This document shows positions 25,782-38,700 of a DNA stretch of 64,000 bases, in pieces. The DNA comes from Macrostomum hystrix. Lineage: Eukaryota > Animalia > Platyhelminthes. The notes under the pieces were generated by a model. It was not told the DNA's origin, searched no databases, and saw only the letters and a list, made by a program, of their open reading frames with translations. Within the stretch, counting starts at the first letter, position 1. Each line of letters starts with the position of its first letter. The position numbers and the translations under genes are program-made. The stretch is from contig CATNEN010000003.1 of NCBI GenBank assembly GCA_950097015.1, forward strand, positions 13,702,001 to 13,766,000. Direction: 5' to 3'.

Positions 25782-28700
25782 GCTGCAAGAGGAACCGATT
25801 GAACAGGAGAAGCAAGAATTAATTGACAAAAGAACTGATCTTAATAATGGATTCGTCGCCAAAGCAGAAGTGGTCAGTGAACGTCAAGAAAATATTGAAT
25901 TGAAGAAAATGTCAAAACAATTGACAAGTCAAAAGAAAGGTTGGTCAAATTGCTTTAATACTCGTACTCATCCCCTAATCTCTCTTATCCCCTAATCTCT
26001 CTTATCCCCTACTCTCTCATCCCCCCTAATCTCTCTTATCCCCTACTCTCTCATCCCCCCTAATCTCTCTTATCCCCTACTCTCTCATCCCCTAATCTCT
26101 CTCATCCCCTAATCTCTCTTATCCCCTACTCTCTCACCCCCCTAATCTCTCTTATCCCCTACTCTCTCATCCCCCCTAATCTCTCTTATCCCCAACTCTC
26201 TCATCCCCCCTAATCTCTCTTATCCCCTACTCTCTCACCCCCCCTAATCTCTCTTATCCCCTACTCTCTCATCCCCCCTAATCTCTCTTATCCCCAACTC
26301 TCTCATCCCCCCTAATCTCTCTTATCCCCTACTCTCTCATCCCCTAATCTCTCTCATCCCCTAATCTCTCTTATCCCCTACTCTCTCATCCCCCCTAATC
26401 TCTCTTATCCCCTACTCTCTCATCCCCCCTAATCTCTCTTATCCCCTACTCTCTCATCCCCCCTAATCTCTCTTATCCCCTACTCTCTCATCCCCCCTAA
26501 TCTTTCTCATCCCCTAATCTCTCTTATCCCCTACTCTCTCATCCCCCTACCCTCTCTCATCTCCCTCTATTATTTATCTTATGAGTCTCTCCACAAATTT
26601 AAATCTTCAGATCTTGAGATAAAAAATGTTAGAAAACAGCTAAAGCAGCAGCAGCAGCAGCAGCAGCGACTCTCGGCCTCAACAGATAATCTTCATCAGC
26701 TAGACTCTCTACTAGAGCTAACAAATGGTGAAGACTTGTTCGCCCTAGAACAGCAGCGAAATCGTGTTTCCGGTTTCACAGAAATTTTACAACGGGAGAA
26801 ACAGCAGCAGCAGCATCAGCAGCAGCAGCCCCAGGTACAAACAAAGCCAGTACCAGCACTAACACGTGAAAATGCGTCTTTTTACGAAAATTTAAACACC
26901 GAGGAAGCGACTGAATTAAAACGTAGCCAGATAAAAAATCGGTCATTGATTCTAAGAAATGCCATAACAGCCGAGAATTGTCCGCAGCCTCTAAAAAAGC
27001 AATTGAGTGTTCCGCCGCCGAAAGTATCGAACGTGACAATGACGTCAGAGCGGCGTCAACAACAACGTAGATTCGAAACAACGTCCGTCGGCAAGAAACG
27101 GTCGGTCAAGAATCCTGGAAATACAGGCAATAAAATGTCTCCAAAAAGATTCGAACCTCTGACTAAATGGCAGAAGCGACGCAGACGATGCGTTGCCTGC
27201 GTGAAAACTTTCATTGCGTTTCTCTTCTCGCACATCGGCCTCTGCCTGCTAGTGATTGGCTACACACTGTTCGGAGCTTACCTGTTTGTCTACCTGGAGC
27301 GAGACAGTTCAATTCGAGATAATCGGCAATTTACTCAGTTTGTGCGCGGAAATAGGACTGAAATGAAGTGAGTCTTGGTTTTGTTGTAAAATCTACATAA
27401 TTGTTTTTTACCGATTTTACGAAAATGTACGGAATTTGAACTTCAATTATTTTTTATGAGATATTTAGGTTTCCTAGAAATATTTTTTTCCTTAAAATAG
27501 TTTTATTAGAACTGATGTTTTCTAGAAATCGATGTTTTTTAGTTTGATTTCGAAGAAATCGATGTTTCTTTGAAATTTTGAGTTCTTAGAAATGCCAAAG
27601 AACTTCGTAATTTCTCGGGTTAGTGCAGGCTAAGCTTCACGTTTCTATGAAAGCTTCTTAGAAACTTAGAAAGTTTCCTAGAAATCCAAGTTTTTTTTCT
27701 TAGAAGCGTACGTTATTTCACAAAAAAGTATTTTTTTAGAAATATAAACACCCTTAACAATATTGAATTCGTAGAATGCTATTTTCGTAGAAATCAGGGT
27801 CCCTTAACGCGCTCTCTATGGTCTAGTACTAGTATTTTTTCTTTTGAAGGTTTAAAAATAACAAAGCTTCTCAGAAATATTTCTAAGAAGTTTGCGTGAA
27901 CTAAAACAGTAGAGAGTTTATTGTCTTGTTTAAGGAAATAAATAGTTTTTGTTTTGGCCAAGATTCGAACTCAAGACCTCTCAGTTAGAAGTCCAAGGCT
28001 TGATTAAAGCCAAATTGTAAATTTCTAAAATTGTCTGCAGACAAAACCTGACCGAGCTGGTCAATGAATCACTGAATCGGGTGCGATCAGATTTTCGTCA
28101 AACAATGGATCGTTTTCTGATATCAGCCGAGTCAACTCAACGCAGATTGGACTCAATCAGTTCACAGTTGAGCAGCCTAGTCGAAGAGTTCAATCTGGCG
28201 CTGCGTCATCCGGCGCCAAAACTTCCAACGACAACAAATAACAAACCGTTGCTAGGCAACGAAGGTAAACTGCGTCAGCACGAGGCTCGACTAGAACTGC
28301 ACCTGATGGAGCTTGCCGCAGCCCTCACCAATGCCAGCTGTGGAAACTGTGACAGCAACACAGGTAGGCTGCCTGCTGGGTTTGTTATACTCCGAGGGAA
28401 TCCCCAAAGTCTAATCGGCCTGTTTTGTTATACTCCAAGGGAATCCCCAAAGTCTAATCGGCCTGTTTTGTTATACTCCAAGGGAATTCCCAAAGTCTAG
28501 TCAGTGCTCTTTGTTATACTCCAAAGGAATCCCCAAAGTCAAATCGGCCTGTTTTGTTATACTCCAAGGGAATCCCCAAAGTCAAATCGGCCTGTTTTGT
28601 TATACTTCAAGGGAATCCCCAAAGTCAAATCGGCCTGTTTTGTTATACTTCAAGGGAGTTCCTAAACTTTATTCAGTGTGCTTTTTTACTCAATTAGAAC

Positions 28701-30218
28701 TAAAACGCTTAAAGTTTATTCTCCTAGCTTATTAGATAACAAACCAATAGTAATAAATCAATAAAACACTACAAAATTCCCCAAAAAACTCCCCATATCG
28801 CAAGCGGATTTCGGCATCCTTCTAGCTCGAATGCGTCACCTGTTAGACTCGTCAGAGGCTCAGCTGATTTCCGATCTGCGCTACGCGATGCGCAGTTTCG
28901 GATCCGACATTCGTCGCGAAGCCGTCGAGATATTCAACGCTTCATTGGCCTACTCTGGCAGCCTACAGACGGTGGCCACAGCTATGACTGGACTGCAAGG
29001 CGATCTAAACGAGATTCAAATCGAAGTCGACAGAAATTTGAACATGAGTCGTCAAACAGTTGGCAATTCGATAGAAGAAATTAGCAACTATACGAGTAAA
29101 AATGAAACTAGCAGCAGGGCGCCAGTGTACTTTAATCTTGGAGACAGTCTAGATCCATGGTTAAACATACTGGAGGAGACTGTCTACAATAACGCTTTCG
29201 ACGGCTGGGTAAGACCTTCTACTGATCCGGCTGCCGGCAATGAGACTGAATCTATTTGGACTTTTCCTGGAGCATTGCTCTACTCAATCACCATTGTCAC
29301 CACCATTGGTGAGTATTTATTCTGTCGGAAGGTCAAAACTTCGAATCTCTGACCGAAGGTCGGGGGTTCGATTCCCAATTCCACTGAAAGACACTAAACA
29401 ATTGTTATTAGCATAAATTATTAATGATCACTCGATGTCTATTGTTAAACTATCACGTTTTGTAAAATCTACCGCTGACACATTCCCGCCCAGGCTATGG
29501 TCACGTGGCACCTCGAACAATCGCCGGTCGCCTAGCAACCATTCTCTACGCCATGCTGGGCATACCGCTGATGCTGCTCTGCCTGCACAATCTCGGCGCA
29601 TTCCTAGCCGACGCATTCCGCCTATCCTACAAGCACTGCTGCCTGCGGCTGTGGCAGCGCCGGAAACAGAAGCAACGCAAATTGATTCAGCTTCAACAGG
29701 AACTGCAGCAGCAGCAGCAGCTCAGGCAAAGACAGGATCCGGCACCTTCCATGGCATTGCTGGCGCCAACAGCGGACTGCGAGTCCAACATTGAAGTCGT
29801 CGTGATGTCGAACGCAAACGCTGATGACGCGGCTACTGCAGACAACAGCGGGGGCAGCGTCTGCAGTAGCCTCGACGAAGACTACCGCGGAGGGGAGATC
29901 CGTGTGCCGATCTGGCTGACTCTGACAGTGTTCTTCATCTACATTGTGTCAGGAGCTGTGCTATTCTCGCAGTGGGAACACTGGGACATTCTAACGTCGG
30001 TTTATTTCGTGTTCGTCACCTTGACAACCATCGGTCTGGGAGATTACGTTCCCGGCATTCAGGACTCATCGTGGAACGATCACACCAAGCCGATAATCTG
30101 CTGCCTGTACCTACTGTTTGGATTAGCCATGATTGCCATGTGTTTCCAGCTAATGCAGGAGGAGGTCAAGGCTAAGGTTAAAGACTTTGCAAGGCGAATT
30201 GGACTGCTCGATGACTGA
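25639..30218 (+). CDS. Two-pore-domain potassium channel (K2P/TWK, TWK-7/TRESK-like), about 869 aa, with poly-Q N-terminus and greatly enlarged extracellular cap
   Basis: Exons 25639-25939, 26611-27367, 28041-28363, 28805-29308 and 29494-30218 join in frame (2610 nt). M1 FSHIGLCLLVIGYTLFGAYLF; P1 WTFPGALLYSITIVTTIG|YGHVAP; M2 YAMLGIPLML; P2 YFVFVTLTTIGLGDYVP; M4 YLLFGLAMIAMCFQLMQEEV. The true start codon is uncertain. Confidence 0.9.
25970..26565. repeat. Pyrimidine-rich ~16-19-bp minisatellite (K2P intron)
   Basis: Alternating cccctaatctctcttat and cccctactctctcat. Confidence 0.92.
28381..28660. repeat. 43-bp minisatellite (K2P intron)
   Basis: Unit tttgttatactccaagggaatccccaaagtcaaatcggcctgt. 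Confidence 0.9.
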
Positions 30219-30287
30219 GCATAGGACTCTTGACTGTACACGAAAACTGATCTATAATTGTAGTGATAAGAGTTAATTACACCTTCC

Positions 30288-30622
30288 CCAATTGGTCAGA
30301 TGTGCAGCCGCAGCTATTGCGCATCTGAAGGCTGGGTACGGCCGTTGCTGGTACCCATTTAACAGCAGAGTAAACTGAAGAATTAAAGTGTCTATCAGTG
30401 TATTCAGGAATCGAACCCAGGACCTATCACGCAAGTCCACGTTCAGTCCATGGACTGGGTGGGACGCCACACCCATCTCATTTACCCCAGAAAATGCTGT
30501 TACCTGTTTAAACAATTTAAGTGTCTTACTAAATGACACAAATTCTTAAAGTTGAGCCGGGAATCGAACCCCCGACCTTTAAGTCGCGAGTTCGACTCTC
30601 TAACCGCTAGGCTACAATCCCC
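30288..30622 (-). mobile_element. SINE family A, dimeric/nested copy
   Basis: The reverse complement has a full tRNA head (tagcctagcggttagagagtcgaactcgcga..ggttcgattcc), a core, a second B-box near 30408-30420, and the same tail as 19800-19872 (cagccttcagatgcgc..gcacatctgaccaattgg). Confidence 0.75.
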
Positions 30623-31270
30623 ACACTATTAAACGCGGACTTTTTTTGGATTAACAAAATCCCAATCAAGGAAAACCAGAATAACGCCAGATTTATATTA
30701 CCAAAAATTAACTTTTTGTTTTCAGTTTAAAAAAAAAACAATTGCGATTCAATAACTTTAGATTTATTTTTATTTTAAATCAAAATCTTGCACCTACATA
30801 GAGAAAAGTCGTACTTGCTTGTTTTTATTAAAGATAATAATTGTGTAATTTGTTATTATATTGGTCACACAAAGATGCGATTATAAATCTAAAGTATTTA
30901 GTTGAACAATTCATGATAAAAACAAAGACAATTATTATAATAGTTAAATTTTATTAATGACTTGCTATCAATAATAAGACAATTATAATGTGTGCTTTTT
31001 TGTATTTTGTATTTTCCTGTTTCACAAACAAACACAGACGTAGCAGTAACTCAGCATTCAAAATAAACAAAAGGGACATTACTATTTAGATTTGTTGATT
31101 AAACATGTCGTGCACAAAAAATAAAAAAAAGATATTTCTTTGGAATTTGTGTTTAGATCATTCTTGTAAAATATAAATGTTATGGCAAATTAATGTATTG
31201 GAATATTTATACTAATAAATAGTAGAGAACTAAACACAAAGTAGATAGTAATAAATACGCAGTAGTAAAT

Positions 31271-32090
31271 AGTAGACAGTTAAAGCGATTTGTGCTTTGT
31301 TGTTAACAAAATAAAATCAATGTATTATGAAGCTTAGCGTTAGTCATGGAAAGTGTCTCGGAAAAAACAAATGAAATTAAAAAGATCAGAAACCGAAGTT
31401 TTTTTTACTAAAAAATAGATTAAGTAATTTAAGAAGCTTTGCCGAGAGCCTGTGTACATAAGGGGTAGGAATTCGAGGGGTTGTCGCGGGCGTGCGTACA
31501 TAGGGGGTAGGAATTCGAGGGTTGTCGCGAGCGTGCGTACATCGGGGGTGTAGGAATTCGAGGGTTGTCGCGAGCGTGCGTACATTGGGGTATAGGAATC
31601 CGAGGGGTTGTCGCGGGCGTGCGTACATTGGGGGTGTAGGAATTCGAGGGTTGTCGTGAGCGTGCGTACATTCGGGGTAGGAATTTGAGAGCTTTAGCGA
31701 ATAGTAGACAGTTAAAGCGATTTGTGCTTTATTGTCAACATAAATAAAATCAATGTATTATGAAGCTTAGCGTTAGTCATGGAATGTGTCTCAGAAAAAA
31801 AAAATGAAATTAAAAAGACCAGAAACCAAAGTTTTTTTTCTAAAAAAAGATTAAGTAATTTAAGAAGCTTTCCCGAGAGCCTGTGTACATAAGGGGTAGG
31901 AATTCGAGGGGTTGTCGCGGGCGTGCGTACATAGGGGGTAGGAATTCGAGGGTTGTCGCGAGCGTGCGTACATCGGGGGTGTAGGAATTCGAGGGTTGTC
32001 GCGAGCGTGCGTACATTGGGGTGTAGGAATTCGAGGGGTTGTCGCGAGCGTGCGTACATTCGGAGTAGAAATTTGAGAGCTTTAGCGAAT
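31271..32090. repeat. ~432-bp tandem duplication containing a CpG-rich ~40-bp subrepeat
   Basis: agtagacagttaaagcgatttgtgcttt occurs at 31271 and 31703. Internal unit ggaattcgagggttgtcgcgagcgtgcgtacat. Confidence 0.9.
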
Positions 32091-32776
32091 AGGCAGCTAA
32101 TTGGAAAAGTTTTTATGTATGATTATGATTTAAGAAGTCTAGCCTAGTAAAAAAAGCTCGAAAAGATAATTTTAGTAACTGTCGTAACATCACCAAAACA
32201 AGACGAAAAATAAAATAAAATATTCATAAACTATATTTTAGATCACAATATCAATATCTGTGTGTCATGTCATCTTAGCCAATTACCGAAAGGTGCATTA
32301 ATTTGTGCTTTAAGTTTTTGAGTTTTTCTATAATCAAGAAAAGTAGGCCTACAAATAAAGTAACTCTTTATGGAGCAAACAAAACAGACAGACACAAACA
32401 AAAAACTGACAAAAGCAAAATAAAATGAGAACAAGGAAGAATCGACAGAAGACAATGTGTAAGTAGTTACAACAGCTAGCTGAGGGAATGACATTGACTT
32501 TACTTCGACATTAGAATTTATGTATATTACTACTAGTAATATTATGACAATTTAAGCTGTGACCCTAAATGTTGTTCACAAAATCAACTTGACTGAGCGG
32601 AAAAAATATAACAATAATAATGTAGATTAAGGAAAATGGTTCTGACTAACAACAATCAACTAAACACAGGGTCAAATTATAGAAGCTTTAAGTATTACAG
32701 CAAAGTGATTCAATTTTAGAAATCTATTGTTAAAAATTCTGTATCAAGCTGTAAATAAACTATTGAATCGGCTGCC

Positions 32777-35700
32777 TCAGACGCGTTGAATTTCAAACAG
32801 TCTCACGTCTGTATCGTACCAAATCGGCGGATCCACATTGCGCAGGTAGATGACGCCCCACATATAGGTGCGAAACCAGATTGTGGTGCCAGCGTTGGCC
32901 TGGTATTTGCGAATTAGAATGGGATGCGGCACTGGCAGTAGGCCGACTAGGGTACCGTGCTGCAAGAATTTCAGAATCTCTGAGTCGTCTGTTAGGCCTC
33001 TGAAATATCAATAAGTATGGCTTGCATTGCGCTTTTATGACTTCCTGGCACACAAATGCATCCTGACCGACAAATGTACATCCTGGCCTATTAATGTACA
33101 TCCTGGCCTATTAATGTACATCCTGACCTATTAATGTACATCCTGACCTATTAATTTACAACCTAGCCTATTAATGTACATCCTGACCTATTAATGTACA
33201 TCCTTGACCTACTGATGATTATCTTGACCTACTGATGTACATCCTGACCGACAAACGTACATCCTGACCGACAAATGTACATCCTGACCTATTAATGTAC
33301 ATCCTGACCTATTAATGTACATCCTGACGTACTGATGATCATCTTGACCTACTGATGTACATCCTGGCTTATTAATGTACATCCTGACTTACTGATGATT
33401 ATCTTGACCTACTGATGTACATCCTGACCGACAAATGTACATCATGGCCTATTAATGTACATCCTGACCTATGAATGTACATCCTGACGTACTGATGATT
33501 ATCTTGACCTACTGATGTACATCCTGACTTATTAATGTACATCCTGACCTACTGATGTACATCCTAAACTACTGATGATCATATTGACCTACTGATGTAC
33601 ATCCCGACCCCATAATGAACATTCTAAACCCATTTACTTTATTCTGAGCCTTTAATGTACACTATATTATGTAAACCATGACTTACTAATGACTAATTAC
33701 TGATGTACATCCTAACCTACTGATGATCATTTTGACCTACTGATGTACATCCTGACCTACTGATGATCATCTTGACCTACTGATGATTATCTTGACCTAC
33801 TGATGTACATCCTGACCTACTGATGATCATATTGACCTACTGATGTACATCCTGACCTACTGATGATCATATTGACCTACTGATGTACATCCCGACCCCA
33901 TAATGAACATTCTAAACCCATTTACTTTATTCTGAGCCTTTAATGTACACAATATTATGTAAACCATGACTTACTAATGAACATCCTGATGCTATAATGT
34001 ACATTCTGACTCAAATCTACACCTCGAACATGACCCTAAAAAGCTAAGAGACACTAATACCTAAATTTGGCACCAAATTTCTGACAAATCACGAGCGCTT
34101 ACTTATCGATGCAAATCTTCTCCACTTGCGGTACCAGCACTTGCAACAGTCGCATAATAGTCTGCAGCGGCAGTTTGCTCTTCCAACTGGCAACCCAGTC
34201 AGGCGTGGCGACCCAGCCGCCGGCAGTGGTCGAACTAGTCGTCGTCGTCGACGCAATCGACGGTGTCGGCGTTTGCGGCGCCTTCGGCACAGTCGCCGCC
34301 GCCGACGACGAAGAATTGACACCGCCGGCGATGCTGCCAGTAGTGGAATCTCCGGCTGTAGGCGTCGAACCGTCGACAGCGGCCGCGCCGGCAGCAGCAT
34401 CGGCGTCAGCCCCGGGTTCGGCCGGACTGCGCTCGGTCATGTGGACGAGAGCCGGGGTGGCCTCCAGCGAGGTCTTCAGCGTGCCAGGTTCCGCCGGTGC
34501 GGCTGGAATGGAGCCCTCCTGCGAATCATTAGCGACTGCGGCAGCTGAGGCTGGGTGCTGCTGCTGCTGCTGGGACTGCTGCTGCTGCTGGGACTGCTGA
34601 TGCTGCTGGAGCGGTGGCTGCTGTGGCTGCAGCTGGGATTGCTGTCGTCGGGCTGTGGCACCGGCGGTGACTTTCTTTGCCAGGGCACCTGTTGAATGGA
34701 AAATTTTGGGAAGACTGAGAATAATGGGATCTGGGGCATGCCTATCAAGGGATCTGGGAAGTATATTATGGGATCTGGGGTATGTGTTTTAATCGGATCT
34801 GGAGTATGTATTATAATGGGATCTGTAGTATGTATTATGATGGGGATCTGGAGTATGTGTAATAATGGGATCTGGAGTATGTATTATAATGGGACCTGGA
34901 GTATGTATTATAATGGGATCTCGAGTATGGGATGTAAAAACCGCAAGTCAAATGTAAATGGCAAAATATGTAATTGCACATAAAAGCCAGTCCATGCTCA
35001 CCACTAATGCTGGCGTGATCAGTAGCCAGACTAGCTAGCTGGTGAAAAACGGCCCTCTTACGAATGATGCAATACACCAGACTGCTGTTACCATCAAACT
35101 GGTATTGGATGATGTTATTAAACACTTCCAATAGAAAGAATACCAAATGATGATTGCCAGGCGTAGAGAATAGAAACCATGGCGTACTAAAAGCTTCCAA
35201 TAGGTGCAACAGCTTGTTAGCAGATACCATTGATAGACTCTTCAGGTAGGGCGACACTGCAATGTGGCACGAAAAATTCAGGTCAGGCGTAGTAATTTGC
35301 GACATACTAAATAGGTAGGGAAAATGTGGGCTAGATTAGATGGGATTTCACATTTTTTAAAGTCAGATGAGATGGCATGGGTCATGGAGAGATGAGATGG
35401 ATCAGGGAAAAGATGGGATGGCTCAGGGAAGAGATAGGATGGATCAGGGAAAAGATAGGATGGATCAGGGAAGAGATAGGGTGGGTCAGGGAAAAGATAG
35501 GATGGGTCAGGGAAAAGATAGGATGGCTCAGGGAAAAGATTGGATGGCTCAGGGAAGAGATAGGATGGATCAGGGAAAAGATAGGATGGATCAGGGAAGA
35601 GATAGGGTGGGTCAGGGAAAAGATAGGATGGGTCAGGGAAAAGATAGGATGGCTCAGGGAAAAGATTGGATGGCTCAGGGAAGAGATAGGATGGATCAGG

Positions 35701-38700
35701 GAAAAGATAGGATGGATCAGGGAAGAGATAGGGTGGGTCAGGGAAAAGATAGGATGGGTCAGGGAAAAGATAGGATGGCTCAGGGAAAAGATGGGATGGC
35801 TCAGGGAAGAGATAGGATGGATCAGGGAAAAGATAGGATGGATCAGGGAAGAGATAGGGTGGGTCAGGGAAAAGATAGGGTGGGTCAGGGAAAAGATAGG
35901 ATGGATCAGGGAAAAGATGGGATGGCTCAGGGAAGAGATAGGGTGGGTCAGGGAAAAGATGGAATGGGTCAGGGAAAAGATAGGATGAGTCAGGGAAAAG
36001 ATGGAATGGGTCAGGGAAAAGATAGGATGGATCAGGGAAAAGATAGGATGGATCAGGGAAAAGATAGGATGGATCAGGGAAAAGATAGGATGGATCAGGG
36101 AAAAGATAGGATGAGTCAGGGAAAAGATGGAATGGGTCAGGGAAAAGATAGGATGGATCAGGGAAAAGATAGGATGGATCAGGGAAAAGATAGGATGGAT
36201 CAGGGAAAAGATGGAATGGGTCAGGGAAAAGATAGGATGGATCAGGGAAAAGATAGGGTGGGTCAGGGAAAAGATGGAATGGGTCAGGGAAAAGATAGGA
36301 TGAGTCAGGGAAAAGATGGAATGGGTCAGGGAAAAGATAGGATGGATCAGGGAAAGGATGGGATGGATCAGGGAAAGACGGGATGGATCAGGGAAAAGAT
36401 AGGATGAGTCAGGGAAAAGATAGGATGGGTCAGGGAAAAGATGGAATGGGTCAGGGAAAAGATGGGATGGATTAGGGAAAAGATGGAATGGGTCAGGGAA
36501 AAGATGGGATGGATTAGGGAAAAGATGGAATGGGTGAGGGAAAAGATGGGATGGATTAGGGAAAAGATGGGATGGGTCAGGGAAATATAGGATGGGTCAA
36601 GGAAAATATGGGTTAGGTAAATGTTGGAGCAGAATATCCAAAGAATTTAATTTCAGCAACTCACCATTGACAATGATTGTGAGCAGGCAGTCAAACAGAG
36701 GCTGCAGTCGCTGATGCCCAGTGGTGATAATCTTGTGGAACACAATAATTAGTAAATCGGCGTGTGTACCAGTGAACACAGGAATATCCATTGGCACCCT
36801 AATCTGATAAGGCTTATTAAGTCGTACTCCAAAATTTCTTTCTCCGCTTAACAATAGCAGAATGAACACGCCGATGTGCATTAGGCCAACTCGACTCTGG
36901 TCCGCTCTGGCGTCATTCAAATAGTACAACACTGGCACCAGTAGGTCGAGAATGTCGGACGATTTCAACACGTAGAACATGAACTTCTTGTTGATGTCGC
37001 ACATTTTCCAGAATAATATTAGCAATTCCTGATAGAAATGAATCCGTTTGCAACTACCCGGTAGGTAGGTCTGCACTAGCGGATTATTCAATAGGCGAGC
37101 GATGCCGCGAAGGATAAAAGCGAAGTCTTCTTCGCGATGCACCCTGGACATGTAGTTCACGAACAGGTTATCCGGCCCGGCTTCCAAGTCGCCCATATCG
37201 GCCCCAGTTGAGCCTAGAAGGCTGGCTGCCGCGGCCGCAGCCGCTGGTGTCGGCGATGTAGGCGACGGTACTGCCGCAGCCGCAGCAGCCGCCGCCGATG
37301 CAGCTTCGGGACTAGCCGTGACGCTACTGCCGTCCCAGTCAAGTGTAACACAGAGGACCTTGGCAATGCAAGGCAGGATTTTTTGCAATGCTACTGACAC
37401 TGCTGCTAGATTACAAAACATGTTTCATTAACTACTCATATATAGTTATATCTTTGACTATTACCCAATTAAATATTACAGGTAAAATATTGGTCTTTAT
37501 CCATTACCCAGTTCTAGATTACAGGTAAAATGATAGAATCTTTATCCATTACCCAGTTCTAGATTACAGGTAAAATTATAGAATCTTTATCCATTACCCA
37601 GTTCTAGATTACAGGTAAAATCATAGAATCTTTATCCATTACCCAGTTCTAGATTACAGGTAAAATTATAGAATCTTTATCCATTACCCAGTTCTAGATT
37701 ACAGGTAAAATTATAGAATCTTTATCCATTACCCAGTTCTAGATTACAGGTAAAATGATAGAATCTTTATCCATTACCCAGTTCTAGATTACAGGTAAAA
37801 TCATAGAATCTTTATCCATTACCCAGTTCTAGATTACAGGTAAAATTATAGAATCTTTATCCATTACCCAGTTCTAGATTACAGGTAAAATTATAGAATC
37901 TTTATCCATTACCCAATTCTAGATTACGGGTAAAAGTATAGAATCTTTATCCATTACCCAATTCTAGATTACAGGTAAAATTATAGAATCTTTATCCATT
38001 ACCCAGTTCTAGATTACAGCTAAAATTATAGAATCTTTATCCATTACCCAGTTCTAGATTACAGGTAAAATTATAGAATCTTTATCCATTACCCAATTCT
38101 AGATTACAGCTAAAATTATAGAATCTTTATCCATTACCCAGTTCTAAATTACAGCTAAAATTATAGAATCTTTATCCATTACCCAGTTCTAGATTACAGG
38201 TAAAATTTATCAGTTACCCAGTTCTAGATTACAGGTAAAATTATAGAATCTTTATCCATTACCGAGTTCTAGATTACAGGTAAAATTATAGAATCTTTAT
38301 CCATTACCCAGTTCTAGATTACAGGTAAAATTATAGAATCTTTATCCATTACCGAGTTCTAGATTACAGGTAAAATTATAGAATCTTTATCCATTACCGA
38401 GTTCTAGATTACAGGTAAAATTATAGAATCTTTATCCATTACCGAGTTCTAGATTACAGGTAAAATTATAGAATCTTTATCCATTACCGAGTTCTAGATT
38501 ACAGGTAAAATCATAGAATCTTTATCCATTACCGAGTTCTAGATTACAGGTAAAATCATAGAATCTTTATCCATTACCCAGTTCTAGATTACAGGTAAAA
38601 TTATAGAATCTTTATCCATTACCGAGTTCTAGATAACAAGGTAAATTACATACTCAACAATCTAGTTTTTAAATGTAACAAAAACCCTAAAAGTCAATCA

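Noticed and set aside
33200-33900. CTGATGA motifs suggesting tandem hammerhead ribozymes
   Set aside because: No downstream stem II-GAAA core or NUH site in the repeat unit.
34089-34748. Arg-rich and Cys-rich alternative-frame ORFs
   Set aside because: Shadow frames of the GC-rich low-complexity HID1 exon.
35367-36407. 346-aa GQGKDRM-repeat ORF and overlapping 203-aa ORF
   Set aside because: Translation of a 21-bp minisatellite antisense within a HID1 intron; there is no unique flanking coding sequence.
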